A stretch of DNA of 64,000 nucleotides, from assembly GCA_963810945.1 (NCBI GenBank), contig CAWEPI010000008.1:74366-138365 (forward strand), in the 5' to 3' direction. Below the pieces are notes generated by a model. That model ran no database searches. It had not been told where the DNA came from and saw nothing but the letters and a program-made list of their open reading frames with translations. This document shows positions 9,964 through 21,565 of the stretch, piece after piece. The translations under genes were made by a program, and so were the position numbers. This DNA comes from an uncultured Actinomycetes bacterium. GTDB lineage: Bacteria > Actinomycetota > UBA4738 > HRBIN12. Within the stretch, counting starts at the first letter, position 1. Every line of letters begins with the position of its first letter.

Positions 9964-10063
9964 GCGCGCGCCTCCTGTCATGCTCGGCGAGGTCAAGGAT
10001 AAGGGGGCCGACCTCCCGGGTGAGGCCGTACAGCCCGAGGATGCTCCTGCCGACAACCCAGGC

Positions 10064-11650
10064 ATGGACGTCGCCGGGACGCACGTGGTGCACGGCCGCC
10101 CTCCCCGTCGCCGGGTGCCTCCCGTCATCTCCGTCGCCGCGGTGAGCTCGCTGGCTGTGACCGGCGTGTGGATCGGCATGTGGCGCGCCGCGGTGCCCAT
10201 GGGGCAGTTCGAAGGCCTGTGCGAACGGCTGCGCGCGGCGCACCTCCCCATCGTGGGACGCGACTGGTTCTGCCTCCCCGCCTCGAGCGGCGCGCGCGCC
10301 GCCTCCACGGCCGCGACGATCCTGATGGTCGTCGGGATCGGGCTCGCGTGCTCGGTCCTCGCGGCCGGCGGGCGTCGCTTCACGGCGTTGGTGCCGCTCG
10401 CCGGACTCCTCGCGGTCGAGCGCGCGCCTTCCGTGATGCAGACGTGGAGCATCCCGCCGTTCCTCGACCGTCCGATCGCCAGGGTCGGGCTGGATCTGGC
10501 GCTCGTGGCCGCGCCGGCGCTCGCGGTGATGTGGGTCGGCAGGCATCGCCCGGCGCGCAAGACTGCGGTCCGTCCGCTCGCAGGCTTCGTGGCGTTCGCC
10601 GTGTGCGTGGCCGCCGCGGCCTGCGTCACGTTCGCCTGGAACGCGGTGTTGGCTCGCCATTTCGCCGCCATCGGCGGCATCCCGTTCACCCGGTGGCAGG
10701 TCCTGCCCGCCGCCTTCGTGATGGGCGCGTTCGGCATGCTGCTCGGTCCCGACGACCGCCGGTGGTGGCCGTGGATCCTGGTCGCGACCGCCTTCCTGCT
10801 GAGCGCAGCCCCGTCGATGGCGCTGCTCTTCGCGGAGGACCGCTTCCCGACGTACGCGAGCTTCGGGCTCGTGGTCCCGTTGGCGCTCGTCGGCCTGGTG
10901 GGTTCGGCGTGGCGGCCTATCGCGGACCTCATCGTCGCGAAGGGGCTGATCGGCGAGCCCGCCGAGGGTGAGGCCCCGCCACCGGCGAAGATCACGACCC
11001 CCATGCGGGATCTCCCTCGCGGCGCGATCCTCGCCGACGTGCTCGCCGCAGGGCTGGTCGTCGTCTCGCTGATCCTCTTCGCGGCCGACCCGCTCGCAGC
11101 GGAGATCGAGGCCACGATCCCCACATACGTCGGGGTGCGATACCAGGCGCACGACGTGCGCGCCAAGATGGACCTCCGCGAGGCCGTGGACGCGGCCTTC
11201 GCCTACCGCTCGCGGACGGGGACCTTCCGGGGCTTCGACGCGAGGACCGGCGCGCGCTCCGATCCCGCGCTCGCATGGATGGACGGCCCGCTCGCCGCCG
11301 GGACCCGCCCCGCGCCCGCACTGACGATGGCGGTCGCATCCACCACCGGATCCGCCGCGCACATCACCGCCCTCAGCGGATCGGGCCGCGTGTTCTGCAT
11401 CCGGGCCACCGCCGACGACCGTGTGACGTGGGGTGAGGGCGGGGTCGCAGGGGTGGTCGGCACGGCGCAGGTCCGTTCGGCCGAGCGCGAGGCGTTGGCG
11501 CATTGCGGCGAGACGCTCTGGACCGCGGCCGCCGTCGCGACGACCCCCCTGGGGGGATCCTGCGCCGTGGCGAGCGACAGCGACTACGTGATGTGTCGGG
11601 CGGTCGAGGCCGAGATCGTGCGCATCCTCGCGACCGCGAAGCCCGCCTAA
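10064..11650 (+). CDS. membrane protein with about 8 TM helices and a C-terminal soluble domain, function unknown
   Basis: Long ORF 9815..11650 with clear hydrophobic helices. The start is uncertain (ATG at 10064 or 10178); upstream of that it overlaps the DUF2252 5' end. Confidence 0.45.
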   Translation: MDVAGTHVVHGRPPRRRVPPVISVAAVSSLAVTGVWIGMWRAAVPMGQFEGLCERLRAAHLPIVGRDWFCLPASSGARAASTAATILMVVGIGLACSVLAAGGRRFTALVPLAGLLAVERAPSVMQTWSIPPFLDRPIARVGLDLALVAAPALAVMWVGRHRPARKTAVRPLAGFVAFAVCVAAAACVTFAWNAVLARHFAAIGGIPFTRWQVLPAAFVMGAFGMLLGPDDRRWWPWILVATAFLLSAAPSMALLFAEDRFPTYASFGLVVPLALVGLVGSAWRPIADLIVAKGLIGEPAEGEAPPPAKITTPMRDLPRGAILADVLAAGLVVVSLILFAADPLAAEIEATIPTYVGVRYQAHDVRAKMDLREAVDAAFAYRSRTGTFRGFDARTGARSDPALAWMDGPLAAGTRPAPALTMAVASTTGSAAHITALSGSGRVFCIRATADDRVTWGEGGVAGVVGTAQVRSAEREALAHCGETLWTAAAVATTPLGGSCAVASDSDYVMCRAVEAEIVRILATAKPA

Positions 11651-11658
11651 GCGTTCGG

Positions 11659-12309
11659 CTACCGCGTCCGCTCGGGAAGCGTCGAGGCCCCGACGTGGGT
11701 CTCCAGCCAGTCCCGGATCGGCGACGAGTCGCGGAAGAACCCCACCACCCTGTCCTTCGCCTTGGCGGTCCCGAGCCAGGCGCCGGCGCCCCAGTCGCGC
11801 CACATCGCCAGGCCCTTGTAGCGCAGCAGCTCGATCCGCGGATGGTCCTTCGGGTAGCCGCGCGGCGCCGTCTTCAGGGTTCCGTGCGCCATCACCTCGA
11901 GACCCGCCGCGCGCCCGTCCTCCACCAGAGCCGAAAGCTCGGCTCCGGTGCGCTCGTCGGCCACGGCGGCGCGGTAGCGCTCCAACTGGTCGGACGCCAT
12001 CTCCCACATACCGCATCCCGCGCTCAGACCTTCGGCGCTCAGCTGGACGTACCCCGCGCCGATCAGCGCGCCCATGTGCGTCTTGTACGGCGACTTGTCC
12101 GGGCTGAACCGGACGTCGCGGTAGGGCCGGAAGATGCGGCCCTCCCCCCACTCGGCCTCGAGCTCGGCGAGCAGCGCCTCCATGGGGGCGCGGACCTCAT
12201 GCTCGTAGATCTCCTTGTTCCGCTGCCAGTACGCCTTGGAGTTGTCGGCCTCCAAGCCCTCGAAGAACTCGAGCGCCTCTACCTTCCACCCGCGGAACGC
12301 CATGGCCAC
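11659..12309 (-). CDS. DUF2461 (TIGR02453) family protein
   Basis: FRGWKVEALEFFEGLEADNSKAYWQRNKEIYE and the rest match the family. Confidence 0.8.
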   Translation of the reverse strand: MAMAFRGWKVEALEFFEGLEADNSKAYWQRNKEIYEHEVRAPMEALLAELEAEWGEGRIFRPYRDVRFSPDKSPYKTHMGALIGAGYVQLSAEGLSAGCGMWEMASDQLERYRAAVADERTGAELSALVEDGRAAGLEVMAHGTLKTAPRGYPKDHPRIELLRYKGLAMWRDWGAGAWLGTAKAKDRVVGFFRDSSPIRDWLETHVGASTLPERTR

Positions 12310-12313
12310 TCGC

Positions 12314-14672
<2,359 letters not shown>

Positions 14673-14873
14673 CACGCACTCCGATCGGTTCGACGACGGT
14701 CGAGCGAGGATACCCCGCCCGCCGATGTTGGAGGGCCCCAGGTGCACGCGCCGCGTCGCGCACGCGAACAGACCGCGAACGATCGTGTGTTGGGGTGCCG
14801 GTGCCCGTACGCTTGGCCTGTAGGACTTGCCGGATGCACGTGGGATGGCCGGCACCGTGCAGAAGGAGCATCC

Positions 14874-15320
14874 GTGAGCAACGCAAGCGCGCCGAAGCCC
14901 AGGGTCGTGTTCCTGTGCGTGCACAACGCGGGCCGCTCGCAGATGGCCGCAGGCTGGCTCCAACACCTGGCCGGCGACGGTGCGGAGGTCTTCTCCGGTG
15001 GCTCGGACCCCGCGGCCGAGGTGAATCCGTCGGCCGTCGCGGTCATGGCCGAGGTCGGGATCGACATCGGCGACCGGATCCCCCGGCGTTGGACGGACGA
15101 CGTCGTGCGCAGCGCGGACGCCGTGATCACGATGGGCTGCGGCGACTCGTGCCCGGTCTTCCCGGGCGTCCGCTACGTCGACTGGGACCTGGACGATCCT
15201 GCGGGACTGCCGATCGAGGAGGTCCGGCCGATCCGCGACGAGATCGAGCACCGGGTGCGCGGCTTGATGACGGATCTCGCGATCCCCGCGATCGAAGGTC
15301 GGGGGGACGCGCCCGCGTAG
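14874..15320 (+). CDS. arsC: arsenate reductase / LMW protein-tyrosine phosphatase family (ArsC-like)
   Basis: P-loop FLCVHNAGRSQMAAGW (C-X5-R) and a second motif GCGDSCP. SD AAGGAG lies 5 nt before GTG 14874. Confidence 0.7.
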   Translation: MSNASAPKPRVVFLCVHNAGRSQMAAGWLQHLAGDGAEVFSGGSDPAAEVNPSAVAVMAEVGIDIGDRIPRRWTDDVVRSADAVITMGCGDSCPVFPGVRYVDWDLDDPAGLPIEEVRPIRDEIEHRVRGLMTDLAIPAIEGRGDAPA

Positions 15321-15331
15321 GGTGGCCCGAT

Positions 15332-16219
15332 CTACGGCAGCGGTTGCCAGCCGATGTTGTTGCCGGCGCCGCTCGCGACGACGACCTTGATGGCGCCGAG
15401 GTCGTCCGTCGGCGTGCGGGTCCAGATCTGGTCGGTCGTGCCGAACGCGATCCTGGTTCCGTTCGGCGACCACACCGGCGTCCTCGGCTCGCCCGGATAC
15501 GGGGTGGCGACGGCCAGGATGTTCTGATGGGTGCCGTCGGCATGCATCACGACGAGGGAGCCGGGCGCGACCAGGTTGCTCCAGTACACGATGCGTTTGC
15601 CGTTCGGCGACATGTCCGGCTCGAGCTCATCGCCCGGATCGTCGGTGAGGCGTCGCGTGCCGGTGCCGTCCGGCCTCATGCTGAAGATGTCCATGGTGCC
15701 GCGGCGGTCGCTGGAGAACACGATCCTCGAGCCGTCCGGCGTCCACTTCGGGTTCCAATCGTTGGCGTCGTTCGAGGTGATCTGACGGACGCTCGAGCCA
15801 TCGAGCCGCATCGTGCAGATCTCGTCGTCGCCGCCGCGAACGCAGACGTAGGCGATGCGGTCGAGCCCCTGATCGGGCCCCCAGTCCGTCCGGTCGTTGT
15901 GCGTGAGCTGCACGGCCTTCCCGCCACGCGCGCTCACCCGGTAGATCTCGTAGTCGGGATCGGCATCCCGGCTCGCGTCGAAGACGATGGATCTCCCGCG
16001 CGGGGTGAAGGACGGGTACTCGACCCCGGCGTTCTTGAGCGCCGGCCCCAGCTTGAGGATCCGTGGATGCGAACCGTCGCGCGCCACCGTCGTGAGCCCG
16101 TCGGCGGTGGAGACGAAGCGCCCGGGCCGTCCGGGGAACTGCGCGGCGGCCGGATGGGCGACGACGAACGTGAGGACGAGCGTGGCCGATGCTGCGAGGG
16201 CTGCGACACGGATCTTCAT
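15332..16219 (-). CDS. secreted TolB-like beta-propeller (PD40 repeat) protein
   Basis: Signal peptide, followed by repeated SPDG/TPDG...RIVF motifs. Confidence 0.7.
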   Translation of the reverse strand: MKIRVAALAASATLVLTFVVAHPAAAQFPGRPGRFVSTADGLTTVARDGSHPRILKLGPALKNAGVEYPSFTPRGRSIVFDASRDADPDYEIYRVSARGGKAVQLTHNDRTDWGPDQGLDRIAYVCVRGGDDEICTMRLDGSSVRQITSNDANDWNPKWTPDGSRIVFSSDRRGTMDIFSMRPDGTGTRRLTDDPGDELEPDMSPNGKRIVYWSNLVAPGSLVVMHADGTHQNILAVATPYPGEPRTPVWSPNGTRIAFGTTDQIWTRTPTDDLGAIKVVVASGAGNNIGWQPLP

Positions 16220-16362
16220 GCGCCGGCTCCTTCGGAGATGTGCGCACGACCCTACAACGGGCGGGCGCGACGAGGTTACCCGACGTCCGACAGACCACTC
16301 GACCGGCCACGTGAAACGGGCCCGGCGACTTCCACCGCCGGGCCCGTTCGTGATTCCGCCAT

Positions 16363-16392
16363 CGATCGTCCGATCGGTCGATCGCTCGATCG
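16363..16392. repeat. (CGATCGnn)4: four palindromic CGATCG hexamers at exact 8-bp spacing
   Basis: CGATCGtcCGATCGgtCGATCGctCGATCG, between the DUF1269 stop and the TolB-like gene's upstream region. Confidence 0.6.
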
Positions 16393-16409
16393 ATGAACCG
16401 CGATGCCTG

Positions 16410-16946
16410 CTAGCTCTGGCTCTCGGCTTCCTTGATCTGCTTCGCCAGCTCGTCGGCGTTGGCGTCGATCTCCTTGGAGACGAAGCGGTTCTCCGCCTTG
16501 ATGCTCGCCGCGATCTGGTCCGCCATGTTGGTGGCGTACACCACGAGCAGACCGGCCTTGCCCTTCTCGAGCGTCGTGCCGAGCTGCTTGAGGTCGCCGT
16601 CGTCCATGCCGCCCTTCACGTGGCCCGTGACGGCCCCGATCGTGGCGCCGGCGGCGCCGCCGGCGACCATGCCGCCCGCGAGGGCGACCGGCGGGAAGAT
16701 CGCGCAGACCGCCCCGATCGCGAGGCCCCACCCCAGGCCCTTCGCGGCGCCATGGCGGGTGGGCTGCTCGTGCTTCTTCACGACGCGGACCTTGCCCTCG
16801 TCGTCGCGGTCGATCACCGCGGCGTCGAAGTCGTGTGAGGCCTCGACCTCGTAGTACAAGGCCTTCACCGCCTCGTAGTCGACCTCGGCGTCGGAGACGC
16901 TGTCGTACGACGCTGCCAGGACCAGCAGCATGTCGTTGTCGGTCAT
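16410..16946 (-). CDS. DUF1269 membrane protein
   Basis: N-terminal soluble part (VIDRDDEGKV), Gly-rich TM pair, and a C-terminal GMDDGDLKQLG region. Confidence 0.7.
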   Translation of the reverse strand: MTDNDMLLVLAASYDSVSDAEVDYEAVKALYYEVEASHDFDAAVIDRDDEGKVRVVKKHEQPTRHGAAKGLGWGLAIGAVCAIFPPVALAGGMVAGGAAGATIGAVTGHVKGGMDDGDLKQLGTTLEKGKAGLLVVYATNMADQIAASIKAENRFVSKEIDANADELAKQIKEAESQS

Positions 16947-17107
16947 GTGCCCTCCCTTCCGGGCCCGTCCACGACGGGCCCACGGTTCCGCATCTCACGT
17001 GCGGACGTTCCTTCGAGCCTACGACCGAGCCAAGATTCCCGCACACCCTGCCTCGGGAGCAGAAGACCATCCAGGGCGGGGACCCTGCGGATAGTCTTTC
17101 GAGTGGG

Positions 17108-18085
17108 ATGTCCTTGACGCTTCTTCATCCGGAGATCGAGCCGCATGAGCACGGGATGTTGGACGTCGGAAGTGGCGACCGCATCTATTGGGAGGTCTGC
17201 GGGAACCCGCAGGGCAAGCCCGCCCTCGTGGTCCACGGCGGGCCCGGATCCGGCTGCACGCGGTGGCACCGTCGCATGTTCGATCCTGCGGCGTACCGCC
17301 TCGTGCTGTTCGATCAGCGCAACTGCGGTCGGAGCACGCCGCACGCGAGCAAGCCGGATATCGATCTCACGGCAAACACCACGCAGAACCTGATCGCGGA
17401 CATGGAGCTGTTGCGGGAGCACCTCGACATCGAGCGGTGGCTGGTGTGGGGCGGATCGTGGGGCAGCACGCTGGCCCTCGCTTACGCCGAGACCCACCCG
17501 GACCGGGTCACGGAGATGATCCTGTGGGGCGTGACGACGGGTCGGCGCGCGGAGGACGATTGGTGGTTCCGGGGCGGCGTGGCGCCGCTGCTCCCCGTGC
17601 AATGGCGGGCGCTCCTCGATGGCGTGCCCCCGGCCGCACGCGACGGGGACATCGTGGAGGCATACTCTCGGCTCCTACACGACCCCGTTCACGAGGTGCG
17701 CCGTCGCGCCGCGCTCGCGTGGTGCACGTGGGAGTCCGCCACGACCGATTGGCCGCCGACCATGGCGCTGGACCCGCGGTACAGCGACCCCAACTTCGCC
17801 TTGGCGTTCGCGCGCCTCGTGACGCACTACATCCGGCACGACGTCTTCCTCGAGGACGGGATCCTGCTCCGTAACGCCGATCTCCTGGCTGATATCCCGG
17901 GCATCCTCGTGCAGGGCCGGTTCGACCTGATGGCGCCGATCGCCAACGCGTGGGCGCTCCATCGAGTATGGCCGCAGGCCGAACTCGCGGTCGTAGATGA
18001 CGCGGGGCACGCTGCCGACGAGCCGGGGCTCACGAGGGAGTTGATCCGCGCCGCCGATCGATTGGCGGCTGGCGACGCATGGTGA
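17108..18085 (+). CDS. pip: prolyl aminopeptidase (proline iminopeptidase, S33)
   Basis: LHPEIEPHEHGMLDVGSGDRIYWEVCGNPQGKPALVVHGGPGSGC and the catalytic GGSWGS motif. Confidence 0.85.
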   Translation: MSLTLLHPEIEPHEHGMLDVGSGDRIYWEVCGNPQGKPALVVHGGPGSGCTRWHRRMFDPAAYRLVLFDQRNCGRSTPHASKPDIDLTANTTQNLIADMELLREHLDIERWLVWGGSWGSTLALAYAETHPDRVTEMILWGVTTGRRAEDDWWFRGGVAPLLPVQWRALLDGVPPAARDGDIVEAYSRLLHDPVHEVRRRAALAWCTWESATTDWPPTMALDPRYSDPNFALAFARLVTHYIRHDVFLEDGILLRNADLLADIPGILVQGRFDLMAPIANAWALHRVWPQAELAVVDDAGHAADEPGLTRELIRAADRLAAGDAW

Positions 18086-18755
18086 TCCAGACGATCGGCG
18101 ACTTCCTCCCTGCGGCCGTCGCGGTCGCGCTCAGTCCCATCCCGATCGTCGCCGTGGTCCTGATGCTCGGGACCCCACGGGCGCGGTCGAACGGTCCGGC
18201 GTTCGCGCTGGGTTGGGTGGCGGGCCTCGTCGCCGTCAGCATCGTAGTGGTGGTCGTGCTGGGCGGCTCGAGCCAACCAGGACCGGAACCGCGACAGCGA
18301 GCGACTGGCTCAAGGTCGCGGTCGGGGCGCTCTTCCTGTTCATGGCCGCGAGGCAGTGGCGGAAACGGCCAAAGGAAGGAGAGGATCCCGCCGTGCCGTC
18401 GTGGATGGCCACGATCGACGCCGTCACGCCGGGGAAGGCGCTCGTGCTCGGTGCAGCTCTGTCCGGTGCGAATCCGAAGAACCTTGCGCTCACCGCGGCG
18501 GCAGCTGCCTCGATCGCCCAGGCCGGCCTCGACGGGGCGGACACGGCCATCGCGATCGCGGCGTTCGTCGTGATCGGCTCGCTCACCGTCGTCGGGTCCG
18601 TCCTCTACTACCTCATCGACGCCGATCGCGCCGTCGGGCCGCTCGCCGGGGTGAAGGAGTTCATGCTCCGCCACAACGCCGTGATCATGATGGTCCTGCT
18701 GCTGGTGTTGGGCGCCAAGATCCTCGGCGACGGCGCCGCGGCGCTCTGGGGCTGA
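18079..18755 (+). CDS. GAP-family (DUF2910/Sap-like) membrane protein, frame broken near 18285
   Basis: ORFs 18079..18573 and 18213..18755 together form one GAP-family protein (ANPKNLALTAAAA...). Confidence 0.6.
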
Positions 18756-18773
18756 GCTGCGCGGGCTTCCTCG

Positions 18774-20108
18774 TCAGACCCGCGCGGGCAGGTCGGCGCC
18801 GTGGCAACGCTTCCACTTCCGCCCGCTGCCGCACGTGCAGGGGTCGTTCCGCCCGCGACGCGCGTCCTCCCTGCCGTAGACCGCCATCACGTCGGCAGGC
18901 GCTTCGCCGGCGCGCAAGAGGTCGCACATCATCCGCATGGGCCGATCGATGTGGTGGAAGAACGCCTTGTAGCTGGGACACAGGTAGTGCTGTCCCTCCT
19001 CGCCGTAAGGCGAGATCGCGAACCGATCCTTGGGGCATCCCCCGTTGCAGGCGAAGCGCACGTCGCAGTCCAGGCAGAACCGGGTCAGCGTGTCGAACTT
19101 GTCCTGGCCGAACTTCTGCTGCTGGGGCGAGACGATCAGCTCCAGCATGTGCTTGTCCTCGATGTTGCCGAGCAGGTAGTCGGGCTCAACGAAGTGGTCG
19201 CACGAATACAGGTCGCCGGTGTGCTCGATCGCGAGCTGCAGCCCGCACGTCTCCGCGTGCACGCACATCCCGCCAGGCTCCCCGTAGAAGTTCGCGAGGG
19301 CCGTGTCGAACATCTGGACGTATACGGTGCCGATGTCGTGGCGCACCCACTCCTCGAACACGTCGATCATGAACCGTCCGTACTGCTCGGGTCCGACCGA
19401 GCGGTGGGTGACGAGGTCGCCCTCCTGCTTGTAGAGGGGCCGGCCCTTCACGCCCTCGCCCCATCCCGCCTCGGCCACGGCGAAGGTCTCGGGGGTCGCG
19501 CGCTCGATGATCGGGATGAACTGGACGAAGGTGGCGCCCAACTCGTCGCGGAAGAACGTGTAGACCTCGCGGCCGTGATCGCCGTTCACCGCGTGGATCG
19601 TCGTGAGCACGTTCCAGTCGACCTCGTGGCGCTTGAGCACGTCGAGGCCCGCCATCACCCGGTCGAAGGTGGGCTTGCCGCCCTTGTCCACGCGATACGC
19701 GTCGTGCATCTCGGAGGGGCCGTCGATCGAGATGCCGACCAGGAAGCCGTGCTCCTTCAGGAAGGCGCCCCACTCGTCGTCGAGGAGCGTCCCGTTCGTC
19801 TGCATCGTGTTGAGGATCCGCTGGCCGGGCTTCGCGAATCGTCGCTCGAGCTCGACCGAGCGGCGGAAGAAGTCCAGGCCCATCATCGTGGGCTCCCCGC
19901 CCTGCCAGGCCACGACGACCTCGTGGTGATCGGGGTGGGCCTCCAGCAGCTGGCGGATGTAGCGCTCGTGGATCTCTTCGGCCATCCGGAAGCGGCTGCC
20001 GGGGTAGAGCATCTCCTTCGACAGGAAGAAGCAGTACTCGCAGTCGAGGTTGCAGACCGCGCCTGTGGGCTTGGCCATCAGGTGGAACGCCAGCGGCGCC
20101 CCCGGCAT
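18774..20108 (-). CDS. anaerobic sulfatase-maturating enzyme (radical SAM/SPASM, AslB/AtsB-like)
   Basis: CNLDCEYCF radical-SAM cluster motif, SPASM cysteines, and a C-terminal SEC-C motif (CTCGSGRKWKRCHG). Confidence 0.85.
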   Translation of the reverse strand: MPGAPLAFHLMAKPTGAVCNLDCEYCFFLSKEMLYPGSRFRMAEEIHERYIRQLLEAHPDHHEVVVAWQGGEPTMMGLDFFRRSVELERRFAKPGQRILNTMQTNGTLLDDEWGAFLKEHGFLVGISIDGPSEMHDAYRVDKGGKPTFDRVMAGLDVLKRHEVDWNVLTTIHAVNGDHGREVYTFFRDELGATFVQFIPIIERATPETFAVAEAGWGEGVKGRPLYKQEGDLVTHRSVGPEQYGRFMIDVFEEWVRHDIGTVYVQMFDTALANFYGEPGGMCVHAETCGLQLAIEHTGDLYSCDHFVEPDYLLGNIEDKHMLELIVSPQQQKFGQDKFDTLTRFCLDCDVRFACNGGCPKDRFAISPYGEEGQHYLCPSYKAFFHHIDRPMRMMCDLLRAGEAPADVMAVYGREDARRGRNDPCTCGSGRKWKRCHGADLPARV

Positions 20109-20181
20109 CGTCAAGACGGGACCGGCGGACTCGGGATCCGCCGCCGGGGTGATGTCCGTGCGCTCGACCATCCTGGCCAGT

Positions 20182-20946
20182 CTACGGGCGGTCTCGGCTC
20201 CCGGAGTCACGGGTCCCGACCTCCTCGCTGAGCCTCATCGGATCGATGAGGACGATCCGGTCGCGAGAGGTCTCGATCAGGCCCTCGTCCCGCAGCTCGT
20301 GGAGGCTCCGGGTCACGACCTCCCGCACCGACCCGATGGCGTCGGCAAGCTCCTGTTGGCTGGCGCGCACGACGAGACGCCGCTCGTCACCGAGGGAGGC
20401 AAGATCAAGCAGTTGGAGCACGAGACGCTCACGGATCGGAAGGAAGGCCTGCTCGGAGAGATCTTCTAGCGCCTTGTACAGCTGTCGTGTCAACTCCTCC
20501 GCACACGCGCGGGCGACGCGTGGATCCGAAGCGAGCAACGAACGAAGCGTGTCGATCTGAAGGGCCACCACCGTCGCCGAGGTCATCGCTTGGATGCTCG
20601 TCGGTCCGGGCCCTCCGAGCACCAGGAGGAGGCCCGCCACATCGCCGTCCCGCAGGTAGCGCACCGTCACCTGCCGACCGTCGACGGACCTCAGGAACAC
20701 CCGCAGGAGGCCGCTCATGACCACGATGACGCGAGGACTCTCACCGTCGCGGTAGATCAGCGCGCCCGCAGGGACGGAGATCCGGATCGCCCCGGCCAGG
20801 AGCCGTTCGGCCACGTCCTCCGGGAGGTCAGAGAGGAAGCCACCGCGCGCGCCTCCCTGAACGAGCTCTTCGAGCACGGTCTCCGACCGGGCCTGGATCG
20901 TCCCGATCGAGCCCTGGTCTTCCCCCTCCAGAGCCAGTGTAGGCAC
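20182..20946 (-). CDS. Crp/Fnr-family transcriptional regulator
   Basis: N-terminal cNMP-binding beta-roll and a C-terminal HTH (ELADAIGSVREVVTRSLHELRDEGLI). Confidence 0.8.
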   Translation of the reverse strand: MPTLALEGEDQGSIGTIQARSETVLEELVQGGARGGFLSDLPEDVAERLLAGAIRISVPAGALIYRDGESPRVIVVMSGLLRVFLRSVDGRQVTVRYLRDGDVAGLLLVLGGPGPTSIQAMTSATVVALQIDTLRSLLASDPRVARACAEELTRQLYKALEDLSEQAFLPIRERLVLQLLDLASLGDERRLVVRASQQELADAIGSVREVVTRSLHELRDEGLIETSRDRIVLIDPMRLSEEVGTRDSGSRDRP

Positions 20947-20971
20947 GCTCCGTAGACCGGCGTTCGTCGTC

Positions 20972-20987
20972 GGTGACCCAGGTCACC
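20972..20987. promoter_or_regulatory. CRP/FNR-type site GGTGAcccaggTCACC (GTGA-N6-TCAC) in the divergent Crp-family / DUF4177 intergenic region
   Basis: Matches the TGTGA-N6-TCACA core. Lies 25-40 bp upstream of the Crp-family gene start. Confidence 0.45.
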
Positions 20988-21067
20988 CTCGGATCGCATC
21001 CCGGTCACTGACTGGGTATGCGGGCCCTGCCAGCATGAAGTTGGAGGGGAAGCGAAGGGGGTGCGTG

Positions 21068-21280
21068 ATGAAGCGGTTCGAATACCGAGTGGAGCAACTG
21101 CCGACCTACGAGCACTACGAGGTACACACCAAGGAGCTGCTCGAGCGGCTGACCGAGTTGGGCAACGAGGGATGGGAGGTCGCAAGCGTCGACCTCACAT
21201 GGCACCCCTCCTACTCGCCTGCGGCACAGGCGCACACGCCGGTCCCCGTGCTGCTGAAGCGCGAGGTGGTCGCGGCCTGA
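21068..21280 (+). CDS. DUF4177 domain protein
   Basis: MKRFEYRVEQL...ELGNEGWEV. SD GAAGGGGG precedes the start. Confidence 0.65.
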   Translation: MKRFEYRVEQLPTYEHYEVHTKELLERLTELGNEGWEVASVDLTWHPSYSPAAQAHTPVPVLLKREVVAA

Positions 21281-21565
21281 GACCGCGCGGATGGACGAGG
21301 GCGACCGTCGACCGACGGCCGCCCTTCATCTCATGCGTCGTCCTCGCGTCATGAGGAACCTGCGAGGAACACCCCCTCCCAGGCAGGACGATCGGGCGCC
21401 GAGCCGTCAATCGAGCATCGCGCGCCACGCGTCGTCCGTCGGCCGATCGCTCACGGGCTGCGTGAACTCGTAGGACGCGTATGTGGCCTCCACCCCGAAC
21501 TGGAACCCGCCGAGGTCTCTCTGCGCGGCCAGAAGGCCTCCGACCCATCACCGGGGGCCTGTCGT

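Noticed and set aside
8420-12151. 1243-aa ORF on the minus strand (and the 899-aa ORF 8467..11166 upstream extension)
   Set aside because: Arg/Gly/Asp-rich low-complexity translation with no domain signal. It lies antisense or out of frame to the DUF2252 gene and to a well-formed plus-strand membrane protein. Typical high-GC open-frame artefact. Only the 8467..9963 part (DUF2252) is real.
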